Of a stretch of 64,000 nucleotides of DNA, positions 43,658 through 53,417 are shown piece after piece. The position numbers were made by a program, and so were the translations under genes. Under the pieces are notes generated by a model. That model was not told where the DNA came from and did no database searches. It saw only the letters and a list, made by a program, of their open reading frames with translations. Source of the DNA: Oscillospiraceae bacterium (GTDB taxonomy: Bacteria; Bacillota; Clostridia; Oscillospirales; UBA929); the NCBI GenBank assembly GCA_009782475.1, contig WRIZ01000004.1, positions 3,989 through 67,988 of the forward strand, given 5' to 3'. The first letter of the stretch is position 1, and every line of letters starts with the position of its first letter.

Positions 43658-45190
43658 ATGAAACGAAAAGTGCTCATCGTATACCCCGACTTTGTGGAGA
43701 ACAAAGCCGGAACCAAACTCAAAGGAAGCTATTCCGAAGGGATCGCTTCGATCTCCGCCGTGCTGAAGCAGGGCGGTCATGACGTCTCGCTCCTTCATAT
43801 GAACGGGAAAATCCCCAAAGAGGAATATGTTAAAGAACTGCGGGAGCAAAAGCCGGACGTCGTGGCCTTCTCGACGTGGACAAGCGCGTATAAAATTGTC
43901 AAGGAACTGCTGGTTTGGACCAAAGAGGAGGGGATATTTACCCTTGTCGGCGGTTACCACGCCACCCTCTGCCCCGAGGAGGTCATCGCCGACCCCGGCG
44001 TAGACTGCGTCTGCATCGGCGAAGGCGAATACCCCTTTCTTGATCTCTGCGAGCGTTTTGACGACAAAGAGGCTTTATATCAAACGGAAAGCCTGTGGTT
44101 CAATACGGACGGGGGGACGGTCAAAAACCCGGTGCGCCCGTTTATCGAGGATTTGGATACCCTGCCGCCGCCCGATATGGGGCTGTTTGACTTTGACAAT
44201 TTCCTCTCCTCGCGCATCAAAACGGCCATCGTCATGGTGTCGCGCGGCTGCATCTTCGGCTGTACTTACTGCGCCAACTCCCAGCTGCGCAAGGTTTACC
44301 CCCGCGCCAACCACTACGCGCGGTTCAAAAGCCCGCAGAGGGCGGTCGAATATTTGCAGAGCATCCTCGACCGCTACCCTTACATCGGGTATTTCAACTT
44401 TATGGACAGCATCCTCAACATGCACAAGGAATGGTTTGAAGAATTTATTGTCCTATACGCCGAAAAGCTGAAAATCCCCTTTTCCTGCCGTCTGCGGCTG
44501 GACTTGCTGAACGAGGACATTGTGAAAAAGCTCAAAGAGGCGGGTTGTTACCTAGTGGACGTCGGCATCGAATCGGGCGACGCCGACATGCGCAAAGACT
44601 GGCTCCACCGCCCGATGGGCGACGAAGTGATCGAGCAATCCTTTTCTTATTTCCGCAAATATAAAATCTCGACCCTCACCTTCAATATTGTCGGTCTGCC
44701 GCACGAGGACATCCGAAAAAGCCTTAAAACGGTCAAACTCAACGCCCGGATCAAACCGACCAAAATGGTGGTCAGTATTTTTTACCCCTTCCCGCACACC
44801 AAACTGACCGACATGGCCAAAGAGGCGGGGTTCCTGCCTGAAGACGCCGATTACAACAGCGAAGTCGTCTGCAAGCAGCCGCAGTACAAAGACAAACAAA
44901 TCCGTTTCGCCCAGCACTATTTCAAAATTTTTGTCCGTTTGTTCAAATTCTCCTATATGCTGCCGAAGTTTTTAGGGAAACCCCTTGAAAAATTCTTCGG
45001 CTGGTGTTTCTGCACCCGTGCCAAACCGCACCGGTTCCTCGTCGCGCTGCATTCGGGGTGTATCAAGATGCTGCACGGAGCCAAGCGGTTGCTGATGAAG
45101 CTGTCGCCGAAGACCTACGTCAAGCTGCGGGATAAGTCGGTCAACCTGAAAACCGATAAGAAAGAAGATAAAAAAGCCGGCGGGAATTAA
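43658..45190 (+). CDS. B12-binding-domain radical SAM protein (class B-like)
   Basis: N-terminal cobalamin-binding fold (VLIVYPD...PDVVAFSTWTS...VGGYHATLCPEE). Radical SAM cluster VSRGCIFGCTYC. Lys-rich C-terminal tail. Confidence 0.88.
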   Translation: MKRKVLIVYPDFVENKAGTKLKGSYSEGIASISAVLKQGGHDVSLLHMNGKIPKEEYVKELREQKPDVVAFSTWTSAYKIVKELLVWTKEEGIFTLVGGYHATLCPEEVIADPGVDCVCIGEGEYPFLDLCERFDDKEALYQTESLWFNTDGGTVKNPVRPFIEDLDTLPPPDMGLFDFDNFLSSRIKTAIVMVSRGCIFGCTYCANSQLRKVYPRANHYARFKSPQRAVEYLQSILDRYPYIGYFNFMDSILNMHKEWFEEFIVLYAEKLKIPFSCRLRLDLLNEDIVKKLKEAGCYLVDVGIESGDADMRKDWLHRPMGDEVIEQSFSYFRKYKISTLTFNIVGLPHEDIRKSLKTVKLNARIKPTKMVVSIFYPFPHTKLTDMAKEAGFLPEDADYNSEVVCKQPQYKDKQIRFAQHYFKIFVRLFKFSYMLPKFLGKPLEKFFGWCFCTRAKPHRFLVALHSGCIKMLHGAKRLLMKLSPKTYVKLRDKSVNLKTDKKEDKKAGGN

Positions 45191-45319
45191 CCCCGCCGCA
45201 GTCAATGAAAATGCATGTCCACAACTATCAGAGACCACATGATACTACATGTGTAAGTTCATTATAAACTACATCCGTAGTATTGTCAAGCCCTGTTTTT
45301 CATTTTTTTTATTTTCCTC

Positions 45320-45347
45320 TTGCAAAAATCGATTTCTGTGGTACAAT
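45320..45347 (+). promoter_or_regulatory. tRNA promoter candidate (TTGCAA-16 nt-TGgTACAAT)
   Basis: TTGCAA at 45320-45325 and the extended -10 element TGGTACAAT at 45339-45347, about 20 nt before the tRNA 5' end. Confidence 0.45.
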
Positions 45348-45366
45348 AGGTGAGGTGTGAATCTGC

Positions 45367-45442
45367 GACCCGCTAGCTCAGTCGGCAGAGCACCTGCCTT
45401 TTAAGCAGGGTGTCCGGCGTTCGAATCGCCGGCGGGTCACCA
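45367..45442 (+). tRNA. tRNA-Lys (anticodon UUU)
   Basis: 76-nt cloverleaf. Acceptor stem GACCCGC/GCGGGTC. D arm GCTC-AGTCGGCA-GAGC. Anticodon stem CCTGC/GCAGG with loop CTTTTAA. T arm CGGCG-TTCGAAT-CGCCG. Discriminator A, and the CCA is encoded. Confidence 0.93.
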
Positions 45443-45446
45443 ATGA

Positions 45447-45478
45447 AAACCCTGTAATGTTACGATTACGGGGTTTTT
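45447..45478 (+). terminator. intrinsic terminator after tRNA-Lys
   Basis: AAACCCTGTAAT-gttacg-ATTACGGGGTTTTT. Confidence 0.65.
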
Positions 45479-45506
45479 GCATTCAATAACGGAAGGACTG
45501 GTTTTC

Positions 45507-47204
45507 ATGAAACGATTGATCCCGTTGCTCCTCATTCTCTGCCTGCTCGCGGCTTGCACATCGAATCCGGCATCCCCGGCCGATTCATCCGATCCGTCCA
45601 ACGAACCGTCCCCATCCCCAACGCCGCTGCGAACGGTGGACTTATCGGGAATCACTTTTTCGGAAGGGATACAGCTCGATCAGCTGGGCTACCGCCCGGG
45701 CGATCCGAAGAAAGCCGTCCTTCCTGAAAATACGACGGATTTTCAAATTGTACGCACCTCCGACGGTGTCGTTTTGTTTGAAGAAAACACCTCCGACCCA
45801 GCTTACAGCGAGGCGTCCGACGAGCTCGTGCGGATCGCCGACTTCACCGTGCTGAGTGAACCCGGGGAGTATGTTCTCGTGGCAGGGGACAGCCGTTCCT
45901 ACCCCTTTCTGATTGGGGATAACCCTTACGGCGGTTTGCGCAAGGCGACGCTTGACTTTCTCCATACGCAGAAATGCGGTGTAGACCTCGACGCCGGACT
46001 GTGGTCGCATCCGGCTTGCCACACAGGGATTGCCGTTGTCCTCGATAAAGACGGGGAGGAGACGGGAGAAGAGAAAGACGTATCGGGCGGTTGGCATGAC
46101 GCGGGCGACTACGGGCGGTATATCGTCCCCGCCGCCCAAACGGTCGCCCAGCTGCTGCTGGGGTATGAGCTTGCGCAGAATCCCGACCCCGATGTTTTGG
46201 ATGCTGTGTGGTTTGAGCTTGAATGGATGCTGAAAATGCAGGATGAAGCGTCCGGCGGCGTATATCACAAGGTGAGCTGCAAAGGATTCAACGCCCTCAA
46301 TCAAATGCCCGATAAGGAAACCGGCCAGCTTGTCCTTACTCCTATATCGGCGACGGCGACGGCCGACTTCGCCGCGGCTATGGCTCTCGCCTCCCGCTTC
46401 TATCCCGAGGTCAAAGACCTTCTGCTTGACGCCGCGTCGCGCGCTTGGCAATGGTGCCTTGACAATCCCAATGTTCCCGGTTTTACAAATCCGCGCGGTG
46501 TAAGAACCGGAGAATACGGCGACGGAAACAGCAATGACGAGCGTTTTTGGGCGGCCTGCGAACTGTTTGCCGCCACCGGAGACGAAACCATCCATACTTA
46601 TATCAAAAACGCTGACCTTTCGACCGGGCTGGGCTGGGTGAACATGGGAACCTACGGTTTGGCTGCCTACCTCCTTCACGCGGGAGACAAAGCCGACGCC
46701 GGATTGACACAAAAGATGAAAGACCTGCTGATCTCCGAAGCAAAGGGTATCCTGAATAGAAGCAAATACGACCCCTACGGCATCTCGCTGGGGATAAAAT
46801 ACAGCTGGGGAAGCAATATGGCGGTCAGCAACAACGCCATGACCCTTCTGCTGGCCGGATTGTTCGATGATGATGAACAATACCGCGAAACGGCACTGGA
46901 GCATATGCACTATTTGGTGGGGAAAAATGCCCTGAATAAATGCTATATCTCGGGATTCGGCCATGACCCGATGATGAATCCGCACCACCGCCCGTCGGTT
47001 GCCGTGGGGCAAGCGGTTCCCGGTATGGTGGCCGGCGGCCCCAACATCGGGAATACAGGCGGCGACAACACCCTCGGCAACTACAGGGAAGGGCTGCCGC
47101 CGATGAAATGCTACATCGATGATAAAGAAAGTTTCGCTTCCAACGAGATCGCCATCTATTGGAACTCCTCAGTCTACTTTGTGCTGGCGGTCTTGGGATT
47201 ATGA
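45507..47204 (+). CDS. glycoside hydrolase family 9 endoglucanase, lipoprotein
   Basis: Lipobox LLLILCLLAACTS. N-terminal Ig-like (CelD_N-type) segment. GH9 motifs GGWHDAGDYGRY and HHRPS. Start at ATG 45507. Confidence 0.9.
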   Translation: MKRLIPLLLILCLLAACTSNPASPADSSDPSNEPSPSPTPLRTVDLSGITFSEGIQLDQLGYRPGDPKKAVLPENTTDFQIVRTSDGVVLFEENTSDPAYSEASDELVRIADFTVLSEPGEYVLVAGDSRSYPFLIGDNPYGGLRKATLDFLHTQKCGVDLDAGLWSHPACHTGIAVVLDKDGEETGEEKDVSGGWHDAGDYGRYIVPAAQTVAQLLLGYELAQNPDPDVLDAVWFELEWMLKMQDEASGGVYHKVSCKGFNALNQMPDKETGQLVLTPISATATADFAAAMALASRFYPEVKDLLLDAASRAWQWCLDNPNVPGFTNPRGVRTGEYGDGNSNDERFWAACELFAATGDETIHTYIKNADLSTGLGWVNMGTYGLAAYLLHAGDKADAGLTQKMKDLLISEAKGILNRSKYDPYGISLGIKYSWGSNMAVSNNAMTLLLAGLFDDDEQYRETALEHMHYLVGKNALNKCYISGFGHDPMMNPHHRPSVAVGQAVPGMVAGGPNIGNTGGDNTLGNYREGLPPMKCYIDDKESFASNEIAIYWNSSVYFVLAVLGL

Positions 47205-49345
47205 GTTTTTCATACGAGGGATTGTTATCAAAAGAATTCGGCTGCCGTGCCGAACACGCGCTGAACGTCATCAAACTGATCGACGACGGCAACACCATCC
47301 CCTTTATCGCCCGCTACCGCAAGGAACAGCACGGCGCGATGGACGACCAAAAACTGCGCGAATTGGCCGACCGCCTGCAATACCTGCGCAATCTCGATAA
47401 ACGCAAGCAGGAAGTGCTGGCTTCGATTGAAAGCCAGGGCAAGCTGACGGACGAACTGTCCGCCGCCGTCAATGCCGCGCAGACGCTGGCGGCGGTGGAA
47501 GACATATACCGCCCGTATAAGCAAAAACGCCGCACCCGCGCCACCATCGCCAAAGAGCGGGGACTTGAACCGCTGGCCGACTGGCTTTGGGAGCAAACGG
47601 CGGGCGACCCGCTGGAAGAGGCCAAGACCTACATCGATGCGGAAAAAGAGCTGCCCGACGCCGAGAGCTGCCTTGACGGAGCTTGTGATATTTTGGCCGA
47701 AGGATTCTCCGACGACGCGGATATCCGTGCCAAACTCCGCCCGTTGTTGTTCCGCGAAGGCGTCCTGCGTTCCGAAAAAGTTGGGGACGGCGACCCGGTT
47801 TATGAACTGTATTATGATTTTGAAGAGCCGTTAAGGCGTATCCAGCATCACCGGGTGCTGGCTATCAACCGCGGGGAGAAAGAGGGGGCGTTGAAAGTCA
47901 CCCTCAAAGCCCCGCACAATTTGGCCGTCTCCATGATGCGGGAGGCATATGTGTTCGGCGGCTCCCCTTCGTCCGAACTTGTGGGGAGGGCTGTTGCCGA
48001 CAGCTGGGAACGGCTGTTATTTCCGTCGCTTGAACGCGAACTGCGCTCAACCTTCACTGAAAAGGCGCAGGAGCAGGCCATCAAGATGTTCGCCGTCAAC
48101 CTCAAACAGCTCTTGATGCAGCCTCCGGTGCGCGGCGCGGTGATTTTGGCTGTAGACCCCGCTTACCGCACAGGCTGTAAGTGCGCCGCCATCGACGCCA
48201 CCGGGCTGGTGCTGGACACCGTCGTCGTTTACCCCACGCCGCCGCAATCCAAAACGGAGGAAGCGGCCGAAACGCTGACAAGGCTGATCAAAAAGCACAA
48301 AGTCACCGTCATCGCCATCGGCAACGGCACGGCGTCGAAGGAAACCGAACTTTTCTGCGCCGGATTGATCAAAGAGCTGCCCGGCGTGTCGTATACCATG
48401 GTCAACGAGGCCGGGGCGTCGGTCTATTCGGCGTCCAAACTGGCGGCTGAGGAGTTTCCGCAGTTTGACGTCTCCCTCCGTTCGGCGGTGTCGATCGCCC
48501 GGCGGCTGCAAGACCCGCTGGCCGAACTGGTCAAGGTTGACCCCAAATCCATCGGCGTGGGGCAGTACCAGCACGACATGCCGCCCGCCCGGCTGAGCGA
48601 TTCGCTGGACGGGGTGGTGGAGGACTGCGTTAACACCGTCGGCGTAGACCTGAACGTGGCTTCCGCGCCGCTGCTGGCGCGGGTGGCCGGGCTGGGAGCT
48701 TCGACGGCGAAAAACGTGGTGCGCTACCGCGAGGAAAACGGAGCCTTCCCCGACCGCAAAGCGTTGCTGAAGGTGGCAAAACTGGGGCCGAAAGCCTACG
48801 AGCAATGCGCCGGATTTTTGCGCATACCGGGCGGGAAGAATGTGCTGGACAACACGTCGGTGCATCCTGAATCCTACAAAGCGGCCAAAGATTTGCTCTC
48901 GATTTTCGATTTACGGCTGGATGACGTCGGGAAAATGCCGCCCCTTCATGAGTGGATCGCCGAGCGGGGCGAGGAGACTGTGGCCAAAGCCGTCGGCGTG
49001 GGCGTACATACCCTGAACGACATTGCCCTTTCATTGCAAAAGCCCGGGCGCGACCCGCGCGACGAATTGCCGCCCCCGCAGCTCCGCACCGACGTGATGG
49101 ATATGCGCGACCTCAAACCCGGCATGACTCTGACCGGGACGGTGCGCAATGTCATCGACTTCGGAGCCTTCGTGGATATAGGCGTTCATCAGGACGGGCT
49201 GGTGCATATCTCTCAGATGGCCAACCGTTATATCCGCCATCCTTCCGAAGCGGTCAAGGTGGGCGACGTTGTTTCGGTCACCGTTTTGGACGTTGACCTG
49301 CCGAAAAAACGAATTTCATTGAGTATGAGGACGGAAAATGCTTAA
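47201..49345 (+). CDS. tex: Tex-family transcription accessory protein with an S1 RNA-binding domain
   Basis: TIPFIARYRKE, the YqgF/RuvC-like region, HhH repeats, and the C-terminal S1 domain (GTVRNVIDFGAFVDIGVHQDGLVHISQM). ATGA overlap with the GH9 stop. Confidence 0.93.
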   Translation: MSFSYEGLLSKEFGCRAEHALNVIKLIDDGNTIPFIARYRKEQHGAMDDQKLRELADRLQYLRNLDKRKQEVLASIESQGKLTDELSAAVNAAQTLAAVEDIYRPYKQKRRTRATIAKERGLEPLADWLWEQTAGDPLEEAKTYIDAEKELPDAESCLDGACDILAEGFSDDADIRAKLRPLLFREGVLRSEKVGDGDPVYELYYDFEEPLRRIQHHRVLAINRGEKEGALKVTLKAPHNLAVSMMREAYVFGGSPSSELVGRAVADSWERLLFPSLERELRSTFTEKAQEQAIKMFAVNLKQLLMQPPVRGAVILAVDPAYRTGCKCAAIDATGLVLDTVVVYPTPPQSKTEEAAETLTRLIKKHKVTVIAIGNGTASKETELFCAGLIKELPGVSYTMVNEAGASVYSASKLAAEEFPQFDVSLRSAVSIARRLQDPLAELVKVDPKSIGVGQYQHDMPPARLSDSLDGVVEDCVNTVGVDLNVASAPLLARVAGLGASTAKNVVRYREENGAFPDRKALLKVAKLGPKAYEQCAGFLRIPGGKNVLDNTSVHPESYKAAKDLLSIFDLRLDDVGKMPPLHEWIAERGEETVAKAVGVGVHTLNDIALSLQKPGRDPRDELPPPQLRTDVMDMRDLKPGMTLTGTVRNVIDFGAFVDIGVHQDGLVHISQMANRYIRHPSEAVKVGDVVSVTVLDVDLPKKRISLSMRTENA

Positions 49346-51089
49346 AATATTCAAATACTTAAACCAACGGGAGTGGCAGCTGATCTTTTTCAGCCTGATT
49401 TTCATTGTGGGTCAGGTTTGGCTGGACTTAAAGATGCCGGAATACATGGAAAAGATCACCATCCTTTCCCAAACACCGGGCAGCGAGATGAAAGACATAT
49501 GGCTCAACGGGGTTTACATGCTGCTGTGCGCCTTGGCCAGCCTTGCGGCCGCCATTGTCGTAGGCTTTTTCGCGTCGCGGATCGGTTCCTCTTTTTCGAT
49601 GCGGCTTCGCGGTTTGCTTTTTAACAAGGTCGAATCCTTCTCCACCGAGGAGATCGACCGTTTCTCCACCTCCAGCCTGATTACCCGCTCCACCAACGAC
49701 ATCACCCAGGTTCAGATATTTTTCGTCATTGCCTTGCAGGTAGCCGTCAAAGCCCCCATCATGGCGGTGTGGGCGGTGATGAAGATTTCCGGCAAAGGGT
49801 TCGAGTGGACGATCGCCACCGGGTCAGCCGTGCTGCTCCTGCTGTTGACGGCGGCGGTGCTGCTGGTGTTCGTCATGCCGAAATTCCGCAAGATGCAGCT
49901 GCTCACCGACAACATCACACGGGCAACCCGTGAAAACCTCACCGGGCTGCGCGTTGTCCGGGCGTATAACGCCGAGGGGTATCAAGAGGAGAAATTTGAG
50001 AAAGCCAACAAGGAACTGACAAGCACCCAACTCTTCACCAACCGGGCGATGGTGATCGTTATGCCCGTCATGACGCTGATGATCGGCGGTCTTGCACTCG
50101 CCATCTACTGGATCGGGGCTTATATGATCAACGCGGCGGGCATGACGCCCAATGCCGAAGGGGTGCCGGAAAGAGTGGCGATTTTCGCCAATATGATGGT
50201 TTTCATGCAGTATGCTATGATGGTCGTCATGTCGTTCATGATGGTGACCATGACGTTCATCTTTTTGCCTCGCGCCAGCGTTTCGGCCAAACGTATCAAC
50301 GAAGTGCTCGATACCGAGCCGGGCATCACCGGCGGGGCTGTGACCCAAGGGCAGCCGGGGATCAAGGGCGAAGTGACATTCCAAAACGTCAGTTTCCGAT
50401 ACCCCGGGGCGGCCGAACCTGTTTTGGAAGACATCAATTTCACCGTCAAGCAAGGGCAAACGGTCGCTTTCATCGGTTCGACCGGGAGCGGAAAATCCAC
50501 CTTGATCAACCTCGTGCCGCGCTTCTTTGACGCGACCGGGGGCGACGTGCTGATCGACGGAGTCAATGTCAAGGACTATAAACTGGAAGCCCTGCTGGGC
50601 AAGATCGGCTATGTGCCGCAAAAAGCGGTGCTTTTCAAAGGGGATATAAACTCCAATGTCGCTTACGGCGACAACGGGGGCAGTGTTAAGGAAGCTGTGC
50701 GGATCGCGCAGGCGGCCGATTTTGTGGAGGAGAAGGGATACGACGCCGAAATCGCTCAAGGCGGAACCAATCTCTCGGGCGGGCAGAAGCAGCGTTTGGC
50801 CATCGCCCGCGCCATATGCCGCCAGCCGGAAATCTATATTTTTGACGATTCCTTCTCGGCATTGGACTACAAGACCGACAGGGATTTGCGTTCCGCGCTG
50901 AAAAAAGAGACGGCCGGGGTGACCTGCCTGATCGTCGCGGCAAGGATCGGAACCGTCATGGACGCCGACGTAATCATCGTGCTGGAAGAAGGCAGGATCG
51001 TTGGAAGCGGGACGCACCGGGAACTGCTCCGCGATTGCGCCGTGTATAAGGAAATTGCCCTGTCGCAGCTGAGCGAGGAGGAACTATGA
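49338..51089 (+). CDS. ABC exporter, fused permease/ATPase subunit (heterodimer partner 1)
   Basis: 6-TM domain. Walker A GSTGSGKST, signature LSGGQKQR, Walker B IYIFDD. Confidence 0.92.
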   Translation: MLKIFKYLNQREWQLIFFSLIFIVGQVWLDLKMPEYMEKITILSQTPGSEMKDIWLNGVYMLLCALASLAAAIVVGFFASRIGSSFSMRLRGLLFNKVESFSTEEIDRFSTSSLITRSTNDITQVQIFFVIALQVAVKAPIMAVWAVMKISGKGFEWTIATGSAVLLLLLTAAVLLVFVMPKFRKMQLLTDNITRATRENLTGLRVVRAYNAEGYQEEKFEKANKELTSTQLFTNRAMVIVMPVMTLMIGGLALAIYWIGAYMINAAGMTPNAEGVPERVAIFANMMVFMQYAMMVVMSFMMVTMTFIFLPRASVSAKRINEVLDTEPGITGGAVTQGQPGIKGEVTFQNVSFRYPGAAEPVLEDINFTVKQGQTVAFIGSTGSGKSTLINLVPRFFDATGGDVLIDGVNVKDYKLEALLGKIGYVPQKAVLFKGDINSNVAYGDNGGSVKEAVRIAQAADFVEEKGYDAEIAQGGTNLSGGQKQRLAIARAICRQPEIYIFDDSFSALDYKTDRDLRSALKKETAGVTCLIVAARIGTVMDADVIIVLEEGRIVGSGTHRELLRDCAVYKEIALSQLSEEEL

Positions 51090-52888
51090 GAAAGCAGCCG
51101 AAAAACCGGCCCGGCGCGGATACGGGCGAGAAGGCCAAAGACTTCAAAGGCACATGGGTCAAGCTGATACGGTATTGCAAAAAGCATATGCCGGTCATCG
51201 TGACCGCCCTCGTTATGGCCGCCGCCGGCACGGTGCTCCAGGTCATCTCCCCCGATTGGCTGAAACGGCTGACCGAAGAGATCATGAAAGGGCTGTTCGG
51301 CGGCTCGATCGACCTCGGCGCGGTCACCTCCATCGCCATGGTGCTTGTCTTTTTCTACGCCGGGTCGGCATTGCTGAGTTTTGTGGAGAATTTCATCATG
51401 GCAACGGTGACGGCAAAAGTTTCTAAGGACATGCGCGCCAACGTATCGACAAAGATTAACAAACTGCCGCTGAAATACTTTGACAAAACCACCTTCGGCG
51501 ATGTGATCAGCCGTGTGACCAACGACGTCGACGCCATCGGGCAGACGCTCAACCAAAGCCTGAGCGGGCTGGTGCGCGCCGTTTTCATGTTCTTTGGGTC
51601 GATGATCATGATGTTCATCACCAACTGGATCCTTGCCCTGACGGCGATCGGGGCGACGGTGATCGGGTTTGTTTTAATGGGCATTGTGATGAAAAAATCC
51701 CAAAAGCATTTCAACGCGCAGCAGCAGGGGCTGGGCGACATCAACGGGCATATCGAGGAGATTTACTCCGGGCATAATGTCGTCAAGGCTTACAACGGCG
51801 GAGCGGAAGCTAGAAGGGTTTTTGAGGGGTATAACGAAGCGTTGTACGACAGCGGCTGGAAGAGCCAGTTTCTCTCCGGGCTGATGATGCCCATCATGCA
51901 GTTTATCGGCAACTTCGGGTATGTCGCCGTTTGCGTGGTCGGCGCGGTGCTGGCCATGAACGGAACCATCCAATTTGAGGTCATCGTGGCCTTTATGGTG
52001 TATATCCGCCTCTTCTCCCAGCCCTTGTCGCAGCTGGCGCAGTCGATGCAGCAGCTCCAGCGGACGGCTGCGGCGGGCGAGCGGGTCTTTGAGTTTTTCG
52101 GCGAAGAGGAACTGGAGGACGAAAGCGTCAAGACACAGCGGTTGGAAAATGTGCAAGGAAACGTGGAGTTCCGCAATGTCCGTTTCGGCTATAATGAAGA
52201 CAAAATCATCATCAACGACTTCTCGGCTGTTGTAAAGCCGGGGCAAAAGGTGGCCGTCGTCGGGCCTACGGGAGCGGGGAAGACAACGCTGGTCAACCTG
52301 CTGATGCGGTTTTATGAGCTGAACAGCGGCGAGATTTTGCTCGACGGATTGCCGATCAGCCAAGTCGCGCGGGAAAACGTGCATGAGCAGTTTTGCATGG
52401 TGTTGCAGGATACATGGCTCTTTGAAGACTCGATCAAAGAGAACATCATCTACAGCAAGCAGGGCGTTTCCGACGAAGCGGTGAAAGCGGCCTGCAAAGC
52501 GGTGGGGCTGCACCACTTTATACGAACTCTTCCCGATGGGTATGATACCGTATTGAACGACAAAGCCAGCCTTTCGGCCGGCCAGAAACAGTTGCTGACC
52601 ATCGCCCGCGCCATGATCCAAAACTCGCCCTTGCTGATTTTAGACGAAGCGACCAGCTCGGTCGATACCCGCACCGAACGGCTGGTGCAGGCGGCGATGG
52701 ATCAGCTGACGCAGGGGAGGACGTCGTTTGTCATCGCCCACAGACTCTCCACCATTAAAAACGCCGGATTGATCCTCGTCATGCGGGACGGCGACATTGT
52801 TGAGAGCGGCAATCATGAAGAACTATTGGAAAAAGGCGGGTTTTACGCCGAACTGTATAACAGTCAGTTTGAAACGGCGGCCGGTTGA
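51086..52888 (+). CDS. ABC exporter, fused permease/ATPase subunit (heterodimer partner 2)
   Basis: Walker A GPTGAGKTT, signature LSAGQKQL, Walker B LLILDEATS. 4-nt overlap with partner 1. Confidence 0.92.
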   Translation: MRKQPKNRPGADTGEKAKDFKGTWVKLIRYCKKHMPVIVTALVMAAAGTVLQVISPDWLKRLTEEIMKGLFGGSIDLGAVTSIAMVLVFFYAGSALLSFVENFIMATVTAKVSKDMRANVSTKINKLPLKYFDKTTFGDVISRVTNDVDAIGQTLNQSLSGLVRAVFMFFGSMIMMFITNWILALTAIGATVIGFVLMGIVMKKSQKHFNAQQQGLGDINGHIEEIYSGHNVVKAYNGGAEARRVFEGYNEALYDSGWKSQFLSGLMMPIMQFIGNFGYVAVCVVGAVLAMNGTIQFEVIVAFMVYIRLFSQPLSQLAQSMQQLQRTAAAGERVFEFFGEEELEDESVKTQRLENVQGNVEFRNVRFGYNEDKIIINDFSAVVKPGQKVAVVGPTGAGKTTLVNLLMRFYELNSGEILLDGLPISQVARENVHEQFCMVLQDTWLFEDSIKENIIYSKQGVSDEAVKAACKAVGLHHFIRTLPDGYDTVLNDKASLSAGQKQLLTIARAMIQNSPLLILDEATSSVDTRTERLVQAAMDQLTQGRTSFVIAHRLSTIKNAGLILVMRDGDIVESGNHEELLEKGGFYAELYNSQFETAAG

Positions 52889-52900
52889 CATAAAAAAATG

Positions 52901-53371
52901 TTAAGCCGATGTGGAAATGATGGGCGGCCCGTTTTCGGGGATCAAAGTGTCGCCCATTTTGCTGAAATCAAATCGCAGCTTGCCTTCAAGCTCAGAGAGT
53001 TCCAGCGAAATATTATCGGTCTGCCCGTCCGCCATTTGACAACGGCCGTTGATACGGGCGCCTTCGTCCATTTTCAATATTTGTGTTTCGATATTTCCTT
53101 CCACATAAGCCGTCGGGGTGAGATAAACGGTGGCGTCACAGGAGACGATCCCCTTGACCCGGCCGGAAATCTCGATCCGCTTAGCCCTGATATTTCCAAT
53201 CACCCGCCCCGATTCGCCGACCGACAGGATGCCGTCTAAATCAATGTCGCCGACGAACGCCCCGTAGATGACAACATTCTCCGACCCCGTGAGATTGGCG
53301 GACTCCAGCCGGACGCCCTCGCCGATGACGGTGGTGGGGATGGGGGGTTCCGATTTACCTTTTTTTCCCAT
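52901..53371 (-). CDS. bactofilin-family polymer-forming cytoskeletal protein
   Basis: Repetitive beta-helix pattern (VIYGAFVGDIDLDGILSVGESGRVIGNIRAKRIEISGRVKGIVSCD...VEGNIETQILKMDEGARINGRCQM). Confidence 0.85.
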   Translation of the reverse strand: MGKKGKSEPPIPTTVIGEGVRLESANLTGSENVVIYGAFVGDIDLDGILSVGESGRVIGNIRAKRIEISGRVKGIVSCDATVYLTPTAYVEGNIETQILKMDEGARINGRCQMADGQTDNISLELSELEGKLRFDFSKMGDTLIPENGPPIISTSA

Positions 53372-53417
53372 GACAGATCGATCCTCCTTGTCTTAGGTAG
53401 GATGATTATACCAAAGA

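Noticed and set aside
45205-45267. A 20-aa ORF downstream of the B12-radical SAM gene, considered as a possible RiPP precursor.
   Set aside because: It has no SD and no leader-like conserved motif. It lies in the AT-rich tRNA promoter region. A single Cys is not enough to make a case.
45642-47012. A 456-aa minus-strand ORF opposite the GH9 gene.
   Set aside because: It lies antisense to a gene with GH9 signatures (GGWHDAGDYGRY). It has no SD and an Arg/Gly-rich junk composition. The long antisense ORFs at 49824-51017, 51674-52621, 54076-54783, 1038-1895, 48047-48865 and 9125-10150 were rejected for the same reason.
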